Origin: Nanobdellota archaeon | Lineage (GTDB): Archaea; Nanobdellota; Nanobdellia; Pacearchaeales; GW2011-AR1 | Length of the DNA stretch: 9,049 nucleotides | Assembly (NCBI GenBank): GCA_038044405.1 | Contig: JBBTAC010000013.1 | Location: forward strand, 1 to 9,049 | Reading direction: 5' to 3' | In this document: positions 1 to 5,275 of the stretch, one piece after another | Layout of the letters: every line of letters begins with the position of its first letter | Numbering within the stretch: the stretch's first letter is position 1 | Notes under the pieces: model-generated | The model's input: only the letters and a program-made list of their open reading frames with translations | Databases searched by the model: none | Told to the model about the DNA's origin: nothing | Position numbers and translations under genes: made by a program

Positions 1-7
1 TATAATT

Positions 8-265
8 TCACCTATGAACACACCCAGCGAAACAGCATACTCTCCGTTTTCCATGCGAGAGCATGCTGAGAGCTTTCTCAATCCGAATCTTGCGCGTTTC
101 TGCCAGCTTGCCAGAGATAATCCAGCATATCCAGTCACTGCGTGCGATTGGCGTAATATCTTCCCATGCTGCCCGTGCCAAAGGAGCAGAAGTAAGGGCT
201 TTTTGTAAATCCGCGGGCATTTTATGTAAAGAGGATTTATTTCTTTGATTATTTGTTCTTTTCAT
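8..265 (-). CDS. YdeI/OmpD-associated (OmdA-domain) family small protein, 85 aa
   Basis: Complete ORF, ATG 263-265 to TGA 8-10. PADLQKAL..AWEDITPIARSDWICWIISGKLAETRKIRIEKALSMLSHGKRR fits my recollection of the YdeI/OmdA consensus. It is followed by a CCFAGCVHR tail that I recall from bacterial members. About 50% GC by hand count, against a much more AT-rich remainder of the window. Confidence 0.7.
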   Translation of the reverse strand: MKRTNNQRNKSSLHKMPADLQKALTSAPLARAAWEDITPIARSDWICWIISGKLAETRKIRIEKALSMLSHGKRRVCCFAGCVHR

Positions 266-407
266 AATAGATATTATTTAAAAAGTATTTATATATTTTT
301 ACAAAATATTTTATAATAATTAACTTTTTTATTATTGCTAAGTTTGTTCTCAATGAAGATAAGGTTGTGAAGAAATATTTTTTTAGTTGATAAAAAAAAG
401 AATAAGC

Positions 408-413
408 TTATAA
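408..413 (+). promoter_or_regulatory. TATA-like box (TTATAA) upstream of tRNA-Ser
   Basis: Lies -30 to -25 relative to the tRNA 5' end at 438, the spacing expected for an archaeal box A. The surrounding sequence is AT-rich, so specificity is limited. Confidence 0.3.
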
Positions 414-437
414 GGTAATACTTTTTCTATATTTTTG

Positions 438-519
438 GCCCAGATGGCACAATGGTACTGCGACAGATTGCTAATCTGTTTTCCTTCGGGATATCCAGGT
501 TCGATTCCTGGTCTGGGCG
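438..519 (+). tRNA. tRNA-Ser (anticodon GCU), type II with long variable arm, no encoded CCA
   Basis: Hand-folded. Acceptor 438-444/512-518 (GCCCAGA/TCTGGGC). D stem 447-449/459-461 with GG at 454-455. Anticodon stem 463-467/475-479 (ACAGA/TCTGT). Loop TTGCTAA gives anticodon GCT at 470-472. Variable arm 480-494 has a TCC/GGA stem. T arm 495-499/507-511 with loop TTCGATT. Discriminator G519. Confidence 0.93.
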
Positions 520-520
520 T
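511..520 (+). repeat. Direct repeat copy 1 (GTCTGGGCGT), the 3' end of tRNA-Ser; candidate attL core
   Basis: Exact 10-nt match to 1630-1639. Covers the last T-stem base, the 3' acceptor strand, the discriminator and one more base. Confidence 0.6.
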
Positions 521-576
521 AAATCTATTTTGACTAGTTTGATATGTGCCTCTAATAAATGTCCTAACTAGAAAAG

Positions 577-584
577 TTTAAATA
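577..584 (+). promoter_or_regulatory. TATA-like box (TTTAAATA) for the NTase/HEPN operon
   Basis: Lies -32 to -25 from ATG 609, consistent with a leaderless or near-leaderless transcript. No SD is visible before 609. Confidence 0.4.
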
Positions 585-608
585 GTTCTATTTTATAACA
601 TATGTTAT

Positions 609-1193
609 ATGAAGAAACCAATGGGTCTTAAAAAAGAACAAACGTTTTATATAGAAACTGCTAGGCAAAAAGTTCTGCAGCTTTTCTACACATTTCCAGA
701 CAAAGAATTTAGTCTAAGTGATATAGCCAAGGAAGCAGGAGTAGCAAAAGCTAATTTGGGAGTTATTTTGGGCTCTTTAGAAAGTGCAGGGTTAATTAAA
801 ATAGAAAAGCTAACAAAGATTTGGCGTATCAGGGCGAATCAAGAAAACTGGATTTTTAAGAGAACTAAAATAGTATACAATCTTAATTTCATATACCAAA
901 GCGGATTGGTCGAGTTTCTTAATGAAACTTATCAGAATCCAAAATCTATTATTTTATTTGGCAGTTTTAGAAAAGGAGAAGATACATCTACTTCTGATAT
1001 AGACATAGCAATAGAATCGGAGATGGCTAAAGATTACAAAATACTAGGTCTAAGACAGCTCACCGATTTTGAAAAAACCATAGGTCGAAATATTCAAATT
1101 CATGAATTTAATCGCAAGTCCATAGATGATGGTTTATTTAATAGTATAGCAAATGGTATCGTCTTGATGGGATTCTTGGAGGTCAAAAAATGA
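609..1193 (+). CDS. wHTH-fused minimal nucleotidyltransferase (MNT/MntA-like, Pol-beta superfamily), putative antitoxin, 194 aa
   Basis: The C-terminal half has the classic ILFGSFRKGEDTSTSDIDIAIE motif (G-S-x9-11-D-x-D). The N-terminal ~90 aa looks like a winged HTH (FSLSDIAKEAGVAKANLGVILGSLESAGLIKIEK). There is a 4-nt ATGA overlap with the next gene. Confidence 0.8.
   Translation: MKKPMGLKKEQTFYIETARQKVLQLFYTFPDKEFSLSDIAKEAGVAKANLGVILGSLESAGLIKIEKLTKIWRIRANQENWIFKRTKIVYNLNFIYQSGLVEFLNETYQNPKSIILFGSFRKGEDTSTSDIDIAIESEMAKDYKILGLRQLTDFEKTIGRNIQIHEFNRKSIDDGLFNSIANGIVLMGFLEVKK
1178..1183 (+). promoter_or_regulatory. Shine-Dalgarno GGAGGT for the HEPN gene
   Basis: Perfect GGAGGT 6 nt upstream of ATG 1190, inside the 3' end of the NTase gene. 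Confidence 0.6.
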
Positions 1194-1612
1194 ACTTAGA
1201 TTTTACAAAACTTATTAAAGAGAAAAGATTGCGAGCAAGAGAAACTAACAAAGATAAAATAAAAAGTTTAATTGATTCTGCTAAAAATAATGTAAGCGTA
1301 GTTTCTTCTTTACCTTTAAATGAGAAAAATGCTACCGTCATCTTTAGGGAAGTGTACGAGTCCATTCGACAGCTTGGCGATGCACGTTTTTGGATTCTGG
1401 GTTACGAACCTTTAGATCATGGAATTAGCTTAGATTCACTAAAAGGGCTCGATATTAAAGAAAAAGTCAAGCTAAACTATTTGGAAAGATTCAAACAAAT
1501 ACGTCACGATGCTAATTATAGAGGATTCAATGTTTCCGCAATGCAAGCTAAAGAAATATTAGATTTTTGGAATATTTGCACTCCTGAAATAATAAATCTT
1601 CTCAAAAAATAG
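1190..1612 (+). CDS. HEPN-domain protein (HepT-like putative toxin), 140 aa
   Basis: All-helical-looking 140-aa protein immediately downstream of, and overlapping, an MNT gene. LERFKQIRHDANYRG contains R-x5-H (RFKQIRH) and the R..a.Y signature I associate with PF05168-type HEPN. A trailing A.e.l helix (AMQAKEILDFW) is also typical. Confidence 0.7.
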   Translation: MNLDFTKLIKEKRLRARETNKDKIKSLIDSAKNNVSVVSSLPLNEKNATVIFREVYESIRQLGDARFWILGYEPLDHGISLDSLKGLDIKEKVKLNYLERFKQIRHDANYRGFNVSAMQAKEILDFWNICTPEIINLLKK

Positions 1613-1629
1613 GAAATTTGTACACGTTT

Positions 1630-1639
1630 GTCTGGGCGT
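1630..1639 (+). repeat. Direct repeat copy 2 (GTCTGGGCGT); candidate attR core
   Basis: Exact copy of 511-520, located in the 45-nt spacer between the convergent HEPN and CDP-alcohol transferase genes. Confidence 0.6.
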
Positions 1640-1657
1640 TTTAAATAAAATTAAAAA

Positions 1658-2248
1658 TTATTTCTTAGTCTTCTTCTCTTCTATTCTCTGGACGTCAGCT
1701 ATATAATGAAATCCTGACGCTGTTCCCACAATCCCTAAAATTATTGAAAGAGGAAGCGCAAGATTTTGCCAGGCGGGATAATATATGCTTAACATTAAAG
1801 CTGGAAGTGCAAAGCCTTGAGCGAATGTAGTTACTTTTGCAACATACCTTGCATTAGGAAATCCTTTTCCAGAAAAGAATGCAACAATTGCAGATGGCGC
1901 GCTAATTATTTCTCTAGACATGATTAATAATAATTGTATTCCATGAAGAATATTTAATTGATCGCGAATTCCAAATACGACAAAGAAAGCAAACGCTGTA
2001 CAGATCCATAAAAATCTATCTGCAACCATATCTGCTTTTCTGCCAAAATCATTAACAAGATTATATTTGCGTGCAATTCTTCCGTCAAACCAATCTGTAA
2101 TAGCCGCAATTGCAAAAACAGCAACAATATATTTTATAGAACGATTTGTAATTATCATATAAACAACAACAAATGTAAGAACTATTCTAGCAAGGTTAAG
2201 AAATGTCGGAACATTAATAATATTTTCTTTTTTCTTTTTTCTTTCCAT
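1658..2248 (-). CDS. CDP-alcohol phosphatidyltransferase family protein (archaeal polar-lipid head-group synthase), 196 aa
   Basis: Perfect family motif D-G-x2-A-R-x8-G-x3-D-x3-D in DWFDGRIARKYNLVNDFGRKADMVAD. Multi-pass hydrophobic profile and a typical N-terminus (NVPTFLNLARIVL). The head-group specificity cannot be read from the sequence. Confidence 0.9.
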   Translation of the reverse strand: MERKKKKENIINVPTFLNLARIVLTFVVVYMIITNRSIKYIVAVFAIAAITDWFDGRIARKYNLVNDFGRKADMVADRFLWICTAFAFFVVFGIRDQLNILHGIQLLLIMSREIISAPSAIVAFFSGKGFPNARYVAKVTTFAQGFALPALMLSIYYPAWQNLALPLSIILGIVGTASGFHYIADVQRIEEKKTKK

Positions 2249-2269
2249 CTACTTTCATAAACAAGAAGG

Positions 2270-2276
2270 TTTAAAA
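2270..2276. promoter_or_regulatory. Single TTTAAAA/TTTTAAA box shared by divergent tRNA-Met (+) and CDP-alcohol transferase (-)
   Basis: Lies -31 to -25 from the tRNA 5' end (2301), and 22-28 nt upstream of ATG 2248 on the other strand. It is the only strong TATA-like element in the 52-nt divergent spacer. Confidence 0.4.
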
Positions 2277-2300
2277 GTTCTTCTTTTTCTCTATAGTTAT

Positions 2301-2375
2301 AGCGGGATAGACCAGCCTGGAGTGGTCGCGAGGCCCATAACCTCGAGGTCGGAGGTTCAAATCCTTCTCCCGCTA
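2301..2375 (+). tRNA. tRNA-Met (anticodon CAU), probably the initiator (A1:U72); no encoded CCA
   Basis: Hand-folded. Acceptor AGCGGGA 2301-2307 / TCCCGCT 2368-2374. D stem GACC/GGTC 2310-2313/2324-2327. Anticodon stem CGAGG/CCTCG 2329-2333/2341-2345. Loop CCCATAA gives anticodon CAT at 2336-2338. 5-nt variable loop. T arm GGAGG/CCTTC with loop TTCAAAT. Discriminator A2375. Confidence 0.9.
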
Positions 2376-2386
2376 TTAATAATAAA

Positions 2387-2959
2387 ATGGCAAAAAGACT
2401 TTTCATAATCCATGGTTGGGGAGGAAGTCCTAAAGAATTATTGCATGAGAATTTAAAAAAACGTTTTTCCAAAAAAGGATTTGAAGTTTTTGTTCTAGAA
2501 ATGCCTAATACAAATAATCCTAAAATAGAAGAATGGGTTCAATATCTAAATAAAATTGTAGGAAAATCAAATGAAGACGATTATTTTATAGGTCACAGTA
2601 TAGGTTGCCAAGCAATTATGAGATATGTAGAAAGTCTTAATGAAAATAAGAAAATCAGAGGTTGTATTTTTATCGCTGGCTGGTTTAAATTAGCTAATAT
2701 GGAGTCTAAGGAAGAAGAAAAAATAGCAGAGCCCTGGATAAAAAATAAAATAAATTTAGCTAAAATAAGAAAAATGATAAAAGAAATAATAGTTTATTTG
2801 TCAAGTAATGAATATTATGGATTTGTAGAAGAAAATTCAAAGATTTTTCATGATAAGTTGGGTGCTAAAGTGATTATTGAAAAAGACATGGGACATTTTA
2901 CAGATGAAGAAGGTTTAGAAAAAATCGCTAAGTTCGTTGATAAATTATCTTTTCAATAA
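2387..2959 (+). CDS. Alpha/beta serine hydrolase of the YdeN/RBBP9 family, 190 aa
   Basis: LFIIHGWGGSP, MPN..NP....W, nucleophile elbow IGHSIGCQAIMRYVE and C-terminal GHFTDEEG all align by eye with B. subtilis YdeN as I remember it. Confidence 0.82.
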   Translation: MAKRLFIIHGWGGSPKELLHENLKKRFSKKGFEVFVLEMPNTNNPKIEEWVQYLNKIVGKSNEDDYFIGHSIGCQAIMRYVESLNENKKIRGCIFIAGWFKLANMESKEEEKIAEPWIKNKINLAKIRKMIKEIIVYLSSNEYYGFVEENSKIFHDKLGAKVIIEKDMGHFTDEEGLEKIAKFVDKLSFQ

Positions 2960-2967
2960 TGAATAAC

Positions 2968-2977
2968 TTTTTATACA
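2968..2977 (+). promoter_or_regulatory. TATA-like box (TTTTTATACA) for rnhB
   Basis: The TTTATA core lies -27 to -22 from ATG 2997, which supports 2997 over the in-frame ATG at 3006 as a leaderless start. Confidence 0.35.
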
Positions 2978-2996
2978 AATACCATTTAGATAAAAT

Positions 2997-3665
2997 ATGT
3001 TAATAATGGGGGTTGATGATTCTGGAAGAGGGCCTATAATAGGGCCTATGATTTTAGCAGGAGTATTAATAGATAAAAAAAGTGAAGAATTTTTGAAAAA
3101 GCAGGGAGTAAAAGATTCAAAGCAAGTCTTGCATCCTAAAAGAATGCAATTAGCGAGAATTATAAAAGAGCTGGCAGTTCATTATTTTATTGTAAAAGCA
3201 TATCCTGAAGAAATTGATGGTATGATAAAAAAGGGAACAAATTTGAATACTCTGGAAGCAATGAAATGTGCAGAAGTCATAAACGAATTAAATAATAAAA
3301 AAGATAAGATAACTGTTGTAGTAGATTGTCCATCAACAAATAGGTCTGCCTGGAAAAATACTTTATCTACATTTATAGACAATGAAGAAAATTTAAAAAT
3401 ATTGTGCGAGCATAAGGCGGACGTTAATCATGTTGTAGTATCTGCTGCATCAATATTAGCAAAAGTTGCGAGAGAAGAAGAGGTTGAAGAGTTAAAAAAG
3501 AAATATGGGAATTTTGGCTCTGGATATCCTGCTGACCCCTTAACAAAGAAATTTCTTGAAGAACATGGAGAGAGATTAAAAAATTCAGGAATATTTAGAA
3601 GAAGCTGGCAAACTTGGAAAAGATTATACCCAGAAAAAGATCAAGCAACTTTAAGAGGTTTTTAA
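2997..3665 (+). CDS. rnhB: Ribonuclease HII, archaeal type, 222 aa
   Basis: GVDDSGRGPIIGPM, VVVDCPS, HKADVNHVVVSAASILAKV, GSGYPADP and the C-terminal QATLRGF match archaeal RNase HII (Thermococcus/Pyrococcus type) almost motif for motif. Confidence 0.93.
   Translation: MLIMGVDDSGRGPIIGPMILAGVLIDKKSEEFLKKQGVKDSKQVLHPKRMQLARIIKELAVHYFIVKAYPEEIDGMIKKGTNLNTLEAMKCAEVINELNNKKDKITVVVDCPSTNRSAWKNTLSTFIDNEENLKILCEHKADVNHVVVSAASILAKVAREEEVEELKKKYGNFGSGYPADPLTKKFLEEHGERLKNSGIFRRSWQTWKRLYPEKDQATLRGF
3655..3659 (+). promoter_or_regulatory. SD-like GAGGT for the vWA gene
   Basis: Lies 5 nt upstream of ATG 3665, inside the last codons of rnhB. The stop and start overlap as TAATG. Confidence 0.45.
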
Positions 3666-4798
3666 TGAAAAAGGTAATTAAAAATACAATAAAAAAAAAT
3701 AGAATAATTAGGGAAAAAGAAAGTGTTTCAGACATATTAGTAGTTCTATTATTTATCATTCTAGGGATTATGGCTCTTGGAATAATATTTTTAATAGCCA
3801 AAAATTTCATAATAGAAAATAAAGAAATATCCGAAGTAAAAGTCAGATTTTTTACTGAAACTATAGAAGTTACAGGGTCAGAATTTAACCCCTTCGACCT
3901 TTCTCAGATGAATATGACCATAACCAAAAAATCTGGTAAAGTGGAGTTAGTTGGGACAGAGACTACTACAAAAATAATTTCCCCAGTCATAGATGTTATA
4001 TCTGTAGCAGATTTATCAAGCAGCATGGCTGGACCTAAATTAACTGCTTCAAAGGCAGCCAATATAGCCTTGATAAATTCAATATTAACTAGAAATGAGA
4101 ATCGAATGGGATTAGTTGCGTATAGTAGTATTGTAAGTCCAGGAAACTCTTCTGATTTAACAAGAGATTCTAATTTATTAAATAATATAGTAAATAATTG
4201 GACATTAGGATCAGGCACTAGAATATGCAAAGGCATTGAAGAAGCTATGAAAAAATTTCAAGTACAATCTTCACAAAGCAGTACAAAGATAATGGTTGTA
4301 ATGAGTGATGGACAAGCAACTAGAGATTGTACAGGAGGCAATAATGCGGCGAAAGCAAGGCAAGATGCAATTGATGCCGCCTGTATTGCTAATAGTACAT
4401 TAGATAATTTAGTAATTTATTCCATAGGTTTTAATCTCCAAGGAGATCCACTTGCTCAAAATACTATGAATCAAATAGCTCAATGCGGAAACGGTAAATA
4501 TTTTGAAGCCGCACAAATTAGTGATTTAATCGACATTTATGATTTGGTTGTTGAGGAAATTGAAAGTAAAATTTTTAAATCATTAAAAGTAATTGGGGGA
4601 TTAAAAGTTGTATTCTATAATAGCACGGATTCTTATTCAGAATTAATAACCGACGTGCCTTTAGAGATATTCGAAACAAAAAAATATCAATTTTATAATA
4701 GAATAACTAATCTAGAAAGAATAGAAATTTATCCTGTTATTACAACGTCGTCTGGAAAAGAAGTAATTGGTCCTTTAATTTGGATAAAAGAGTTTTAA
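3665..4798 (+). CDS. Membrane-anchored von Willebrand factor A (vWA) domain protein with complete MIDAS, 377 aa
   Basis: N-terminal basic stretch plus one TM helix (ILVVLLFIILGIMALGIIFLIA). MIDAS elements are DLSSS (4010-4024), GSGTRICKGIEEA and VVMSDGQAT. A ~100-aa beta-rich C-terminal region has no motif I recognise. The start is chosen at 3665 (TAATG coupling plus SD) rather than at the ORF-track ATG 3614. Confidence 0.8.
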   Translation: MKKVIKNTIKKNRIIREKESVSDILVVLLFIILGIMALGIIFLIAKNFIIENKEISEVKVRFFTETIEVTGSEFNPFDLSQMNMTITKKSGKVELVGTETTTKIISPVIDVISVADLSSSMAGPKLTASKAANIALINSILTRNENRMGLVAYSSIVSPGNSSDLTRDSNLLNNIVNNWTLGSGTRICKGIEEAMKKFQVQSSQSSTKIMVVMSDGQATRDCTGGNNAAKARQDAIDAACIANSTLDNLVIYSIGFNLQGDPLAQNTMNQIAQCGNGKYFEAAQISDLIDIYDLVVEEIESKIFKSLKVIGGLKVVFYNSTDSYSELITDVPLEIFETKKYQFYNRITNLERIEIYPVITTSSGKEVIGPLIWIKEF

Positions 4799-5226
4799 TC
4801 TTCTCTTTCGGCCAATAGCTCAGAAAATTCATCAGTTAATTTTTGTGTGTCTTCAAATAATTCTACCTCTCCTTTCGATACATCTCCTATTTCATAACCA
4901 GGAGCAACAAAGAAATCAATGCCCTTTACTTTATTGCGTTCTATATTTGCAAAATCGCTAAAACAATTAAAAGGAGCCATGCCACAACCATGTTCTCTAT
5001 ACTTTCCTCCAGTATATATTGCACCGTTAATTTCTATTGAAGTTAATCTTGGATAATTATGGGCAATATCTCTAAAATTGAATCCAACACTTTCATTTCT
5101 CTTTATACTATATTGTATTTGAGAAGACAATCCTCTTGATAGATATACAAATAATTCTCTGATTTCATCTTCTCCTAATCCTCTGCCAAATTCAACATGG
5201 GAAATTTCCCTTAATGTTTTTTGCAT
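4795..5226 (-). CDS. Hypothetical soluble protein, 143 aa, acidic C-terminus
   Basis: Clean ORF with a TATA-like box 24-29 nt upstream. Composition matches the neighbouring genes. No family recognised; the only notable strings are YREHGCGMAPFNCF and FFVAPGYEIGD. Confidence 0.55.
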   Translation of the reverse strand: MQKTLREISHVEFGRGLGEDEIRELFVYLSRGLSSQIQYSIKRNESVGFNFRDIAHNYPRLTSIEINGAIYTGGKYREHGCGMAPFNCFSDFANIERNKVKGIDFFVAPGYEIGDVSKGEVELFEDTQKLTDEFSELLAERED

Positions 5227-5247
5227 AAAAGTTTATTAATAATATCC

Positions 5248-5258
5248 TTTTTAAATAT
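5248..5258 (-). promoter_or_regulatory. TATA-like box (minus strand ATATTTAAAAA) for the 143-aa gene
   Basis: The TTTAAA core lies 24-29 nt upstream of ATG 5226 (minus strand). Confidence 0.35.
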
Positions 5259-5275
5259 TATTCTAATTTATTTTT

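Larger units (their letters stand above)
511..1639 (+). mobile_element. Candidate integrated cassette or remnant at tRNA-Ser carrying only a TA pair (no integrase)
   Basis: A 10-bp exact GC-rich direct repeat sits at the tRNA 3' end and again 18 nt after the HEPN stop codon. It brackets only the two-gene module 609-1612. Confidence 0.35.

Noticed and set aside
14-248. Plus-strand ORFs 14-208 and 63-248
   Set aside because: They are antisense to the YdeI/OmdA-like ORF, which has clear family motifs. ORFs of this kind are typical of GC-richer DNA with few stop codons.
266-437. The very AT-rich 172-nt intergenic region as a possible replication origin
   Set aside because: I found no repeated ORB-like or mini-ORB inverted repeats and no adjacent orc1/cdc6. 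It is adequately explained as divergent promoter space for the YdeI-like gene and tRNA-Ser.
1183-1365. Minus-strand 60-aa ORF
   Set aside because: It is antisense within the HEPN gene and has no start context or motifs.
2182-2472. Minus-strand 96-aa ORF spanning the tRNA-Met gene
   Set aside because: It overlaps a cleanly folding tRNA and the starts of two well-supported genes. Its translation has no recognisable features.
3614-3664. Upstream ATG 3614 as the vWA start (394-aa version from the ORF track)
   Set aside because: It would overlap rnhB by 52 nt. ATG 3665 has an SD-like GAGGT 5 nt upstream and a TAATG stop/start junction, and it begins directly with the basic-plus-TM signal-anchor region. 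The longer form cannot be fully excluded.
3182-4236. Minus-strand ORFs 3182-3382, 3595-3810 and 3904-4236
   Set aside because: They are shadow ORFs inside rnhB and the vWA gene. Their translations are hydrophobic, low-complexity artefacts of AT-rich antisense sequence.
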